A DNA stretch of 64,000 bases. Origin: an uncultured Gemmatimonadales bacterium (GTDB lineage Bacteria; Gemmatimonadota; Gemmatimonadetes; Longimicrobiales; Longimicrobiaceae). Below are positions 10,406 to 20,145 of the stretch, piece after piece; within the stretch, counting starts at the first letter, position 1; every line of letters begins with the position of its first letter. Made by a program: the position numbers and the translations under genes. The notes below the pieces were generated by a model. The model made no database searches, was not told the DNA's origin, and saw nothing but the letters and a program-made list of their open reading frames with translations. The stretch covers positions 3,424,001-3,488,000 of the forward strand of contig OY970303.1 of the NCBI GenBank assembly GCA_963716255.1, written 5' to 3'.

Positions 10406-12316
10406 TCAGTCCTCCCGGAAAGCCCCGTGTACCCGCTCCGCGAGCTTTCGCAGCACGTGGTCGAACCGTCGCTCCAGCCCCTTGAACTCGCGGAGGTTGA
10501 ACGTCGCGAGCGTGTCGTCGGAGCCGACGCGGAGGTGCTGCTTCCATACCTCCAGCGGCATCACGGACTCGTCCACGATGCGGGCGACCGGCAGGTTGTA
10601 TCCGGCCCCCACGCCGTACTCGTACCACATCCAGTGCAGCTCCGGCATCGTCCTTCCCGTCCTGTCCGCCTGCATGCGCCGGACCTCGTCCGTCGAGGCG
10701 GTGAAGATCTGGAGCAGGGCGGCGCACTCCTTGATCCTCTCGGTGACGGTATTCGTCAGCGTCTGTCCCACCAGGGCATCCAGCACGACGGGCTCGAGGC
10801 CCCAGAACCGCGCCCACTTCTTGGCCAGCTCGACCAGGTGCTCGACCTCGCGTGAGCCGTCCATGCGCCTGGATATGAACACCTTTTCCACCGTGAGCCG
10901 GTTGATTTCGATCCGGCTGGTGAAGCTCCGCTCCGGCCCGTTCCACTTCGGCCCCTTCCACAGCTCGGCGAGGTTCCGGCGGAGGTCAACGATCTCCGTC
11001 CGTCTGATGGGAGTCGGCCTGTACCCGATCAGGGTCAGTGTGCCCTTCTCCGAGTTCTCCTCCTGGTGCACCGTCTTGTTGGTTACCCTCTGAAGGTTCA
11101 GCTTCAACGGGATCAGGCTCCTGCACACGTCCGACCACAGGCCGAGCGTCGTGTCGAACCCCTTCGCTCCCGGCTCGTTCGTGGGGTCGCTCGTGGGCTC
11201 GCTCGTGGGCTCGCTCGTGGGCTCGCTCGTGGGGTCGCTCGTGGGGTCGCTCGTGGGGTCGCTCGTGGGGTCGCTCGTGGGCTCGCTCGTGGGCTCGCTC
11301 GTGGGGTCGCTCGTGGGGTCGCTCGTGGGCTCGCTCGTGGGCTCGTTCGTGGGCTCGTTCGTGGGCTCGCTCGTGGGCTCGCTCGTGGGCTCGCTCATGG
11401 GCTCGCTCATGGGCTCGCTCGTGGGCTCGGAGAAGTTCGCGTGGTAGTTGAAATGGATCTGCACCCATCCTTCCAGCTTCCGCCTGCTGGGCACCGGGAT
11501 CAGGCGTACGTAGTGTTCCTCGGGGTTGACCGACGCGATCGCCTTGGTCGGCAGCTCGATCTCCGCGATGTCGGAGATCTCGCTGAAGGCGCCCTCCTGT
11601 ACCGGACGCAGCATGGCCCGGCTGCGGCTGTACGTGAACACGAAGGGATTCAGTACGTTCTTTCCGTAGAACGCGAACTTCGGCAGGTTCTGGATCCAGA
11701 AGGCACGGACGGCCTCATCCGTGTCCTCCAACGCGAGCGATCTCAGTGTCGAACCCTCGATCTTTTCCGCGTCGTGCAGCAGCTTCACCTTTTTTTCGAC
11801 AATGCGCGGGTGGAGGAAGTCGATTCTCTTGCCGATGGTGTTGCTTGTTGCGTACGCCGTGGTGTACATCCTGGTGGCGATCCTCGTCGCGAGGTCATTG
11901 ATTCTGGAGACGTCCACGGGTGTGTTGCTTCGCTGGAAGGCCGTCATCTCCGGCTCAAAATCCTTCCGTATGTCGACCGCTTCACACACCACGTTCCAGG
12001 TGGCATGGTGATGGCCGGTAGGGGAGCTTTGCCCCGACAGGATGTTCAGTCTGCGGTCGCGGAATACTTCCGCGGCGGCCTGCATGGCCCCGATCGTATC
12101 CTTCAGCTTCAGCTCGAACCTCAGGAGGTAGGGCCAGTAGCGGGGATGGAGGGATGATACGACCAGGTGCGGAGTACGGTTCGGATCCTTCGGGGTAGCA
12201 TCCCGGACCCAGACTCCCCAGCACACCGAGTGGTCGAAGATCCCGATCGGTACGACCACCTTGGGGCGCAGCTGGATCCCACCCTGCGTGAGCGTGACTG
12301 GATCGCCGTAGAGCAT
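10406..12316 (-). CDS. Hypothetical protein: two ACT-like domains, (S/N)(E/D)P(T/M) tandem repeat, C-terminal TIR-like domain
   Basis: GGAGG RBS before ATG 12316; LKDTIGAMQAAAEVFRDRRLNIL (ACT-like); KVFISR...WMWYEYGVGAG...LPVARIVD (TIR-like); visibly lower GC than the flanks. Confidence 0.7.
   Translation of the reverse strand: MLYGDPVTLTQGGIQLRPKVVVPIGIFDHSVCWGVWVRDATPKDPNRTPHLVVSSLHPRYWPYLLRFELKLKDTIGAMQAAAEVFRDRRLNILSGQSSPTGHHHATWNVVCEAVDIRKDFEPEMTAFQRSNTPVDVSRINDLATRIATRMYTTAYATSNTIGKRIDFLHPRIVEKKVKLLHDAEKIEGSTLRSLALEDTDEAVRAFWIQNLPKFAFYGKNVLNPFVFTYSRSRAMLRPVQEGAFSEISDIAEIELPTKAIASVNPEEHYVRLIPVPSRRKLEGWVQIHFNYHANFSEPTSEPMSEPMSEPTSEPTSEPTNEPTNEPTSEPTSDPTSDPTSEPTSEPTSDPTSDPTSDPTSDPTSEPTSEPTSEPTSDPTNEPGAKGFDTTLGLWSDVCRSLIPLKLNLQRVTNKTVHQEENSEKGTLTLIGYRPTPIRRTEIVDLRRNLAELWKGPKWNGPERSFTSRIEINRLTVEKVFISRRMDGSREVEHLVELAKKWARFWGLEPVVLDALVGQTLTNTVTERIKECAALLQIFTASTDEVRRMQADRTGRTMPELHWMWYEYGVGAGYNLPVARIVDESVMPLEVWKQHLRVGSDDTLATFNLREFKGLERRFDHVLRKLAERVHGAFRED
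11170..11433 (-). repeat. 12-bp in-frame tandem repeat (VNTR), about 22 units
   Basis: GG(C/G)TCG(C/T)TC(G/A)TG units on the + strand, encoding SEPT/SDPT/NEPT/SEPM on the - strand. Confidence 0.97.
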
Positions 12317-12511
12317 GGTACCTCCGGCTTGGCTTCGACCGGAACCGCATCGAATTGGAGTGGACGGGGAAAACGGGTAATGTCGGCGGGTGCATGGCGA
12401 GCACGGCGGCAGCAAAATGATCCGGTTGCCGCCGCCACCGAAGCATACGCGTGGATCGCGGATCGGGAAAGGAAACCGTTGGTCGGCGTGCCGGTGGGGC
12501 CTCCTCGCCCC

Positions 12512-13348
12512 TCACCCCATGATCGCGAGCGTCCCCCGCACCGGCTCCCCCAGCCGCCGCTCGCCCTCGATCGTCACCCGCCTCTCCGCCTCCTCCCGCG
12601 CCAGCCCCTTGGTGAACAGCCGCCAGGCCGTGTCTGCGTCCATCGTCACCGTGGCGGCGGGGTGCGGCGCCGGGCCGGCGTGCAGCGTCCAGCGGTCGCC
12701 CTCGTGCAGCAGCGACCAGTCGTCCCCCGCCTCGCCGGCGATGGAGACGAGCACCGCCGCGCCCTCGTCGGCCCGCGTGTCGCGGTAGCTGTGCGGCAGG
12801 GCGCGCACGAAGGTGTCCAGCACCGGGTGCAGCCACTCGCGGCCGGTGAGCGGCGCCCGGCCGGCGGCGTCGCGGATCTGCTGCTGGTGGTGCCAGCGCT
12901 CCGTGTACTCCCGCGCCGTGTCCATCCAGCCGGGCGACGTCTCCTCCCCCGCCCACGCCACCGGGAAGAGAGCGGGGCCGTGCGGGTCCAGCCCCTCGAA
13001 CAGGCGCGCCACCTCCGGCCCGGTCATGGCATGCAGCTCCACCAGCAGGCGGGGGCTGATGCGGCGCGCCGCGTCCACCCACACCGCGTTGACGTGGTCC
13101 AGGAAGTCCACGAAGCCGCGGGGGCCGGCGATGGGCCGGTCCGGCGGGGGCGGCGGCATCCCGTCGCGGCGAAAGGAGAGCTGCCGCACGTCGCCGTCCA
13201 GCAGGTGCGCGGCCACGTCCCGGACCGTCCACCGCTTCACGGCCGGGCGCGCCCACTCCTCGTCCGACAGGCCGGCGAGCAGGGCGATCAGCTCCGCGTG
13301 CAGCGGCGCGAAACGCTCCGCGACGTGGATGGGCTCAACGGGTCTCAT
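12512..13348 (-). CDS. Maleylpyruvate isomerase N-terminal (DinB-superfamily) protein
   Basis: WTVRDVAAHL, EYTERWHHQQQIRDA; GGAG RBS before ATG 13348. Confidence 0.85.
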   Translation of the reverse strand: MRPVEPIHVAERFAPLHAELIALLAGLSDEEWARPAVKRWTVRDVAAHLLDGDVRQLSFRRDGMPPPPPDRPIAGPRGFVDFLDHVNAVWVDAARRISPRLLVELHAMTGPEVARLFEGLDPHGPALFPVAWAGEETSPGWMDTAREYTERWHHQQQIRDAAGRAPLTGREWLHPVLDTFVRALPHSYRDTRADEGAAVLVSIAGEAGDDWSLLHEGDRWTLHAGPAPHPAATVTMDADTAWRLFTKGLAREEAERRVTIEGERRLGEPVRGTLAIMG

Positions 13349-13414
13349 CTCGCGCGCTCCTCCCGGGACGGCGTTGGACAGCGTAGGACGGCATACGCCG
13401 CAAGATACGCGAAA

Positions 13415-13448
13415 CGGGCGCCGGACGACCAATGCCGTCCGGCGCCCG
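13415..13448 (-). terminator. Intrinsic terminator-like hairpin after the GNAT gene, possibly bidirectional
   Basis: CGGGCGCCGGACG-loop-CGTCCGGCGCCCG flanked by AAA and TTTT. Confidence 0.65.
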
Positions 13449-13470
13449 CTTTTCCGCGCCGACGTCTTCG

Positions 13471-14079
13471 TCAGACGGGGCGGCCGAGGGCGTAGCGCAC
13501 CACCTCCGGCGACGACGGGTCGTCCGCCGGGGCGAAGCCCGCGCGCTCCATCACGCGGATGGAGGCGTCCAGGTGCGGCAGCGTTTCCGCGACCACCCTC
13601 CGCACCGCCGGCTCCGCGAAGGCGCGCGCTGCGAGCGCGCGCGTGGCCTCCGTGGCGTAGCCCTTCCCGCGCGCCCCGGGGAGGAGGCCGTAGCCCACCT
13701 CCACGTCGCCGGTGGGCGTGGGGGGCGCGTGGAAGCCGCACATGCCCACCAGCGTGCCCGGCCCGCCGTCCGGCGACGGCTCCACGACGTACCACGCGCC
13801 CCAGCGCGGCGGGTCGTCCGGCGACGCTTCCGCGGCGCGGAGAGAGTACAGCACGGCGTCGCGGTCGTACAGCTCCGGCGGCCAGTCCGCCGGGACGCGC
13901 GCCCCCATGGTGGCGGCGAGCGAGTCCGGCCCGTCCAGCTCGGCCCGGAGCAGCGCGGTCGTCGCCGCCACCAGGACGAGGCGCGGCGTGTGGATGCGCC
14001 CCGCGACGGGATCGAGGCGGAATTCAGGAGAAGCCGCGGGCACGGTGCCGCGCGGCGAAGCGGTGTCGAATGAGGACAC
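13471..14079 (-). CDS. GNAT family N-acetyltransferase (RimJ/RimL-like)
   Basis: IHTPRLVL, EVGYGLLPGARGKGYATEA, ASIRVMERAGF; GTG start chosen from a GGAG RBS, so the start is uncertain. Confidence 0.85.
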   Translation of the reverse strand: MSSFDTASPRGTVPAASPEFRLDPVAGRIHTPRLVLVAATTALLRAELDGPDSLAATMGARVPADWPPELYDRDAVLYSLRAAEASPDDPPRWGAWYVVEPSPDGGPGTLVGMCGFHAPPTPTGDVEVGYGLLPGARGKGYATEATRALAARAFAEPAVRRVVAETLPHLDASIRVMERAGFAPADDPSSPEVVRYALGRPV

Positions 14080-14422
14080 TGGAGTGGCTCCCGGTGTGCC
14101 GGGGCGCGGCGTGCGCGCACCGGCGGTCATGGCGAGCCGGCCGCGGAAGCGACCGGCGTGAGCGATCACGACGGTCCGCGCAGCGGGCGCCCGACGGGGA
14201 GGAACGACCAGGATGTGGGTGCGGCTCCGCGGGGGAGCCGCGCGTTCCGCCGTCAGGGCGCGCGGTGCGCGGCCGGGGAGACGGCGGCAGGTCCTGCGTG
14301 ACGCAGAGGCGCTTCGGGAAAGAGAGTGCGGCGCGCAGGGAGCGCGCGCTTCGCATGCAAGCTAAGGCGGGGAACGGAAGTGCGGAAGTGCGGGCCCTCA
14401 CCCGGCTCGCTTGGGGCTTTTG

Positions 14423-14586
14423 TCGTTGCAGTTCCAGCAGTACCCCCATGATTCCGTTCGGGGGGAGACTCGCCGGTCGTTTGGCGAGGCTCACCCCGGC
14501 GGAGGGAGACCCGGGGCGGTTTCCGGGGCTCCCGTAGCCCGCGCAGGAGACCGGCAGTAGTATCGCCGGGCTCCGGAGCGGCCCGC
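14423..14586 (-). repeat. Triple-hairpin intergenic repeat family C copy
   Basis: Reverse complement aligns to 18145-18312 and 38545-38710. Confidence 0.85.
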
Positions 14587-14625
14587 CGCACTCGAAGCAC
14601 CACAGGAAAATCGCTTCGCGAAACC

Positions 14626-14982
14626 TCACCACTCGTGGAACACCACGAACACCGCCGCCACGATCAGCGCGAACCCCACTAAGTAGTTCCAGCGCATCTC
14701 CTCCCGCAGGTACAGCACCGAGAACACCCCGAACACCAGCAGCGAGATCACCTCCTGAATGGTCTTGAGCTGCGCCGCGGAAAAGTGCGCGTTCCCCCAC
14801 CGGTTGGCCGGCACCTGGAACACGTACTCGAAGAAGGCGATCCCCCAGCTCACCAGGATCACGGTGAGCAGCGGCGACCCCTTGTGGCGAAGGTGCCCGT
14901 ACCAGGCAAAGGTCATGAACACGTTGGACACCGTGAGCAGCAGCACGGGGGCCAGCGGGGAGCGGGTCAGCCAGGAGGTCAT
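14626..14982 (-). CDS. DMT-superfamily small membrane protein (DUF486-like)
   Basis: [22 protein letters not shown]...[15 protein letters not shown]. Confidence 0.9.
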   Translation of the reverse strand: MTSWLTRSPLAPVLLLTVSNVFMTFAWYGHLRHKGSPLLTVILVSWGIAFFEYVFQVPANRWGNAHFSAAQLKTIQEVISLLVFGVFSVLYLREEMRWNYLVGFALIVAAVFVVFHEW

Positions 14983-15059
14983 GCGGAGTCGCGGGTGGCT
15001 CGGGTTGTGCGTTCGGGGGCCCGCCGCTTCCATCCATCTCCGGCCGGAACACGGGACCC

Positions 15060-15872
15060 ATGCTAGACCTGAAGGACGTGCGCACCTTCCTGGGGGGCGC
15101 ACTGGTGGCCGCGGGAGTCGTGGGCGCCGCCTGGGCGGCGGACGGGCGCCGCGTGAGGCGCACCCGCAGCCGGCTGCACCGCACCATGGTGGAGCTGCTG
15201 CTGAACGCCATCACCGCCGGGGACGCCTCCACCGCGCGGCACTCCCGGCGCGTCGCCAACCTCACCGACGCGCTGGCGCCCCCGCTGGGGATGGACCGCG
15301 GCGAGCGCTCCACGCTGCGCGTGGCCTCGCTGCTGCACGACATGGGGAAGATCGACGACCGCTTCTTCGACATCGTGCACTCCCACGGCCCCCTCACCCC
15401 CGAGCAGCGGGCCGAGATCAAGAACCACCCGCACGAGAGCGCCGACATCCTGGGGCCGCTGGAGCGCATCCATCCCGGCATCACCCGCATCGTCTCGTCG
15501 CACCACGAGTGCTGGGACGGGAGCGGCTACCCGGAGGGGCTGGCGGCCGACGACATCCCGCTGGCGGCGCGCCTGATCGCGGTGGCGGACGTGTTCGACG
15601 CCCTCACCCAGCCGCGCTCCTACCGCGGGCCCCTGGCCCCGGAGGAGGTGCTGCGGCGCATCCGCGAAGGCTCGGGGACGCAGTTCGACCCCGGCGTCGT
15701 CCGCCTCCTGGACCGCCCGGAGATCTGGGAGTACTGGAAGGAGATCGCCCGCGGCGGGTGCCTGGAGGAGGCGCGCGCGGGCGAGGACGATGGGGGGACC
15801 GGCGGCAAGGTGGCGGAGATCAGCGCCGACGCTCCAGCACCGCGCGGATCCCGTGCCGGGGACGAAGGGTGA
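15060..15872 (+). CDS. HD-GYP domain phosphohydrolase with N-terminal TM helix
   Basis: [31 protein letters not shown]. Confidence 0.92.
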   Translation: MLDLKDVRTFLGGALVAAGVVGAAWAADGRRVRRTRSRLHRTMVELLLNAITAGDASTARHSRRVANLTDALAPPLGMDRGERSTLRVASLLHDMGKIDDRFFDIVHSHGPLTPEQRAEIKNHPHESADILGPLERIHPGITRIVSSHHECWDGSGYPEGLAADDIPLAARLIAVADVFDALTQPRSYRGPLAPEEVLRRIREGSGTQFDPGVVRLLDRPEIWEYWKEIARGGCLEEARAGEDDGGTGGKVAEISADAPAPRGSRAGDEG

Positions 15873-17175
15873 TCATGGGCTCCGGCTCCACCGGGTGCCC
15901 GGGGACGGGCCGCACCCGCCAGCGCGCCGCCAGCGTGGCCAGCACCAGGATCTCCTCCGTCCACGCGAACCCCTCGCCGATGCACTTCCGCGGCCCCCCG
16001 CCAAAGGGAAAGTAGGCGAACCTGGGCAGCCCCGCCTCCATCTCCGGCGTCCAGCGGCCGGGGTCGAAGCGGAGCGGGTCCGGCCACCAGCGCGGGTCGC
16101 GCTGGATCACCCAGGGGCTCATCAGCACGATGGAGCCCGCCTCCACCCGGAAGCCCCCGACCTCCATGTCGTGCAGCGGCTGCCGCCCCACCACGTACGC
16201 CGGGGGGAACACGCGCATGCTCTCGGCCAGCACCGCGCGCGTGTACGGCAGCGCGGGGACGTCGTCCACGGTGGGGAGCCGCCCGTCCAGCACCGTGTCC
16301 AGCTCCGCGTGGAGCGCCGCCTCCGCCTCCGGGCTCCCGGCCAGCAGGTGCCAGGTCCACGCCAGCGCGTTGGCGGTGGTCTCGTGCCCCGCCAGGAAGA
16401 TCGTCAGCGCCTCGTCGCGCAATTGCAGGTCGGTCATGCCGCCGCCGTCGCCCTCGGTGTCCTGCGCCAGCAGGAGCATGGAAAGCAGGTCGCCGCGGTC
16501 CTCCCCCGTGCGCCGCCGCTCCGCGATGATGCGGTAGATGGTGGCGTCCAGCCGCGCGCGCGCCCGCCGCATGCGCAGCGTCCCCGGGGTGGGGAGGCGG
16601 TCCAGCAGCGGGCCCAGCGGGTTGGTGAGCCGCTTGTACAGCCCCAGCGCCGTGGTCAGCGCGCCGGCGATCTCCTCCGCCTCCCCCGCCACCTCCGCCC
16701 CGAAGAGCGTCTTCCCCGCGATGGCCAGCGTCAGCCGGTTCATCTCCCGCGCCACGTCCCGGGTCTCGCCGTGGCGCCACTCCTCCGCCATGCGCGCCGC
16801 GTAGGCGGTCATGTCCGCCGCGTACGCCGCGATGCGCTCGCGGTGGAACGCCGGCTGCGCCAGCCGCCGCTGCCGCAGGTGAAGCGGCTCCTCGCTGGTG
16901 AGCAGCCCCTCGCCCAGCAGCACCCGGGCGCGCTGCAGCGCGTAGCTCTTGATGAACTCCCGGTGGCGCGTCACCAGTACCTCGCGCACCATCTCCGGGT
17001 CGCCCAGCAGGGTGACGCGCCGCGGCCCGAAGCGCATGGCCGCCACGTCGCCGTGCCCGGCGGCGAGCCGCTCCAGCGTTCCCAGCGGGTCGCGGCGGAA
17101 GCCCAGCAGGTCGCCGCCCGGCACGCGGGTGCGCGGGCCGGGCGGCAGGGGCGGTGCGGCGGGGGGGGGAGCCAT
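15820..17175 (-). CDS. Cytochrome P450
   Basis: AGHETT, ESMR (ExxR), heme motif [10 protein letters not shown]. Confidence 0.96.
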   Translation of the reverse strand: MAPPPAAPPLPPGPRTRVPGGDLLGFRRDPLGTLERLAAGHGDVAAMRFGPRRVTLLGDPEMVREVLVTRHREFIKSYALQRARVLLGEGLLTSEEPLHLRQRRLAQPAFHRERIAAYAADMTAYAARMAEEWRHGETRDVAREMNRLTLAIAGKTLFGAEVAGEAEEIAGALTTALGLYKRLTNPLGPLLDRLPTPGTLRMRRARARLDATIYRIIAERRRTGEDRGDLLSMLLLAQDTEGDGGGMTDLQLRDEALTIFLAGHETTANALAWTWHLLAGSPEAEAALHAELDTVLDGRLPTVDDVPALPYTRAVLAESMRVFPPAYVVGRQPLHDMEVGGFRVEAGSIVLMSPWVIQRDPRWWPDPLRFDPGRWTPEMEAGLPRFAYFPFGGGPRKCIGEGFAWTEEILVLATLAARWRVRPVPGHPVEPEPMITLRPRHGIRAVLERRR

Positions 17176-17203
17176 GCGGCGCTCCGTCGTGTCTACGTCC
17201 CCG

Positions 17204-18043
17204 TCAATGGATCAGCGACCCGATGCGGCCCCAGCGGGCGGCGGTCAGGAAGGCGAAGGGGCGCTCCACGTCGGCATCGTACGAGTAGTAGATGAACATG
17301 GGCTTGCCGTGGATCACGTCGCGCGGGATGAAGCCCATGAAGCGCGAGTCCAGCGACTCGTCGCGGTTGTCGCCCATCAGGAAGAGGTGCCCCTGCGGCA
17401 CCACCAGCGGCCCCCAGTTGTCGTTGGTGGGGCGGTACGCCTCCCGGCTCACCGAGGGGAGGAGCGCCGGGACGTGGTTGTGGTAGCCGTACTTGGCCGG
17501 GTCGATCTCCGGCGGGAGGAAGGCGCCGCCCCCCGTGCCGGTGTAGGCGATGGGCTGCTCCGGCGTGGCGGGGGGCACCTTGTACGGCTCCGCCAGCCGC
17601 CTGCCGTTGCGGACGATCACCCCGTCCACGCTCTGCAGCGTGTCTCCCGGCTCCCCGATCACCCGCTTCACCACGTCGATCACCGGCTGGTTGTACGTGG
17701 GGCGGAACACCACGATGTCGCCGTGGCGCGGCTCGCGGAAGCCGGGAAGGCGCGCGTCGCTGAAGGGAATGTGCGGGCCGAAGACCGCGTTGTTGGCCAT
17801 CAGGTAGTCGCCCACCAGCAGCGTGCGCTCCATGCTGCGGGACGGGATGGAGAACGCCTGCACCAGGAAGGTGCGCAGCACCAGGAAGAGCACCAGGGCC
17901 ACCCCCAGCGACTTGACCCATTCCCACGCCTCGGCGCCGGCGGACTTCCTGGGTTTGCTGGAGCCCGCGGGGGCGGGGCGGGTGCTGCGGGTCTGGGGTG
18001 TCGCCACGGTGCTGGAGGCTGCGGGGAGCGGGGGTGTCGTCAC
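17204..18043 (-). CDS. lepB: Signal peptidase I
   Basis: IPSRSMERTL (catalytic Ser), VKRVIG (Lys), GDNRDESLDSR; start uncertain. Confidence 0.93.
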   Translation of the reverse strand: MTTPPLPAASSTVATPQTRSTRPAPAGSSKPRKSAGAEAWEWVKSLGVALVLFLVLRTFLVQAFSIPSRSMERTLLVGDYLMANNAVFGPHIPFSDARLPGFREPRHGDIVVFRPTYNQPVIDVVKRVIGEPGDTLQSVDGVIVRNGRRLAEPYKVPPATPEQPIAYTGTGGGAFLPPEIDPAKYGYHNHVPALLPSVSREAYRPTNDNWGPLVVPQGHLFLMGDNRDESLDSRFMGFIPRDVIHGKPMFIYYSYDADVERPFAFLTAARWGRIGSLIH

Positions 18044-18144
18044 AGGGGTACAGAATACCGGGGCGTGCCTTCGGAGCACAACCGTCCGGGCTGGCAGCTA
18101 AGTACGCCGTGTGCGTGTTTTGGTTTCACGGGTCGCGTGTCGTG

Positions 18145-18312
18145 GCGGGGCCGCTCCGGAACCAGGCCAAACGGCCGGCCTGTTTCCTACGCGGGCTCCG
18201 GGAACCCCGCCAAACGGCCGGCGGGTTTCCCTCCGCCGGAGGGAGACTCGCCAAACAGCCGGCGAGTCTCCCTCCGAACCGATTCATGTGGGTACTGCGA
18301 AACGGCGAACGG
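18145..18312 (+). repeat. Triple-hairpin intergenic repeat family C copy
   Basis: Three successive hairpins with AAAC(G/A)GCC loops, then a GATTCATGTGGGTACTG tail. Confidence 0.85.
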
Positions 18313-18462
18313 CAGTCTCGTGCTTCGGGCTGCGTACCGTCTCCGTCACGGCCGCCCGCCTTCGCCGCGCGCCCTTGGCGCAACCCCGTCCCCTGCGCGT
18401 ATCTTTCGGACCGCGGCGGGGTCCGGGTCCGCCGTCATCCGCTTCCAGCAACGAGCTTTCGC

Positions 18463-20046
18463 ATGAACCGACGAATCGTCCGCACCCTGGGAGTGCTCGC
18501 GGCCCTTGTGGGCGCCCTTCCGCTGGCCGCGCAGGCGCCCGCCGCCCCGCGGGAAACCCCGCGGCTGGTGGTGTTCCTCACCGTGGACCAGCTGCGCGCG
18601 GACTACTTCCAGAAGTACGGGAGCCAGCTGACCGGGGGGCTGGCGCGGCTGTACCGCGGCGGGGCGGTGTTCACCAACGCCTACCAGGACCACGCCAACA
18701 CCGAGACCGCGCCGGGGCACGCCAGCACCATGTCGGGGCGCTTCCCGCGCAGCACCGGCATCGTGCAGAACGTGGCCGGGGTGCAGGACCCGCAGGCGCC
18801 GCTCTTGGGCGGCGGCGGGTTGGGGGCGTCGCCCTTCCGCTTCCGCGGCACGGTGCTCACCGACTGGCTGCGCATCAAGGACCCGCGCACCCGCGCGCTC
18901 TCCGTGTCGCGCAAGGACCGCGGCGCCATCCTCCCCCTGGGGCGCGCGCACCAGCAGGTGTACTGGTACGCCACCGACGGGCGCTTCACCACCAGCACCT
19001 ACTACGCCGACACGCTCCCCACGTGGGTGCGGCGCTTCAACGACCGGCGGGTGCCGCAGGGCATGGCGGGGCAGGCCTGGACACTGCTCCTCCCCGCGGG
19101 CGCGTACCCGGAGCCGGACAGCGTCCCGGTGGAGAGCGCCGGGCGCGACTTCACCTTTCCGCACGTGCTCCCCGCGGACCCGGCGGCGGCGGCGCGCAGC
19201 TTCCCCGAGTTCCCCTGGATGGACCAGCTCACGCTCGACCTCGCCCTCCAGGGGCTCAGCGAGCTGAAGCTGGGAACCGGGCCGCAGACCGACGTGCTGG
19301 CGGTGTCGCTCTCCACCACGGACGCCGTGGGGCACCGCTACGGCCCGGACTCGCGCGAGATCCGCGACCAGGTGCTGCGGCTGGACCGCATGCTGGGCGC
19401 GTTCCTGGACTCGCTGTACACCGTCCGCGACTCGTCCCGCGTGGTGATCGCGCTCACCGCGGACCACGGCGTCACCCCCTTCCCGGAGGTGGCGCACCCC
19501 GCCGACGCCGCCCGCTACCACGTGCGGCTGGACAGCCTGGCGATGGCCCTGCGGCGCGGGCTGGCCGCCGCGGGCGCAGACAGCGCCGCCGCGACCGTGG
19601 AGGACGGGATGCTCTTCCTGGACCGCGACGCCCTGGCCCGGGCCCGGGTCAACGCGGACTCGCTGGCGCGCGCCTTCGCGGCGGCCGCGCGGCGCGTCCC
19701 CGGCGTGCTCCGCGCCGACCTGGTGCGCGACCTGGCGCGGGGCGACACCGTGGGCGACGCGGTCGCGCGCCGCTGGGTGCACATGCTCCCGCCCGACCTC
19801 CCCGTGGAGGCGGTCGTGACCATCAAGCCCGGGCACGTGTGGGGGGTCGCCAGCTACGCGCAGCACGGCTCCCCGCAGGACGTGGACGCCCACGTGCCGG
19901 TGATCTTCTACGGCACCCCGTTCAGGCCCGGCCGCTACGGCGCCTTCGCGCGCGTGGTGGACATGGCGCCCACCCTGGCCCGCGTGCTCGACGTGCGCCC
20001 CACCGAGCGGCTGGACGGCCGCGTGCTGACCGAGGCGCTGCGGTAG
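18463..20046 (+). CDS. Alkaline phosphatase superfamily protein (PafA-like)
   Basis: Signal peptide; VDQLRADY, TETAPGHA, SRKDRGA, DAVGHRYG, TADHG, HGSP. Confidence 0.9.
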   Translation: MNRRIVRTLGVLAALVGALPLAAQAPAAPRETPRLVVFLTVDQLRADYFQKYGSQLTGGLARLYRGGAVFTNAYQDHANTETAPGHASTMSGRFPRSTGIVQNVAGVQDPQAPLLGGGGLGASPFRFRGTVLTDWLRIKDPRTRALSVSRKDRGAILPLGRAHQQVYWYATDGRFTTSTYYADTLPTWVRRFNDRRVPQGMAGQAWTLLLPAGAYPEPDSVPVESAGRDFTFPHVLPADPAAAARSFPEFPWMDQLTLDLALQGLSELKLGTGPQTDVLAVSLSTTDAVGHRYGPDSREIRDQVLRLDRMLGAFLDSLYTVRDSSRVVIALTADHGVTPFPEVAHPADAARYHVRLDSLAMALRRGLAAAGADSAAATVEDGMLFLDRDALARARVNADSLARAFAAAARRVPGVLRADLVRDLARGDTVGDAVARRWVHMLPPDLPVEAVVTIKPGHVWGVASYAQHGSPQDVDAHVPVIFYGTPFRPGRYGAFARVVDMAPTLARVLDVRPTERLDGRVLTEALR

Positions 20047-20145
20047 CGCCCACGGCCCGCGGACGAAAGGGGCGGCGGACCGGTCCGGTACGACGCCCTT
20101 TTCGTTTCCCGGCGGCTCGATAGGTTTCGGACCGAGGAGGTTGTC

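Noticed and set aside
11170..11433. Possible CRISPR array
   Set aside because: Contiguous 12-mers with no unique spacers, and no cas genes in the window.
11151..11468. Repeat-peptide ORFs (VGSL)n, (HERA)n, (ARSW)n and (ARGL)n
   Set aside because: A 12-bp unit without stops leaves the alternative frames open; only the SEPT frame belongs to a long gene with an RBS.
14170..14420. Riboswitch or leader peptide upstream of the GNAT gene
   Set aside because: GC-rich hairpins only; no aptamer consensus or convincing small ORF recognised.
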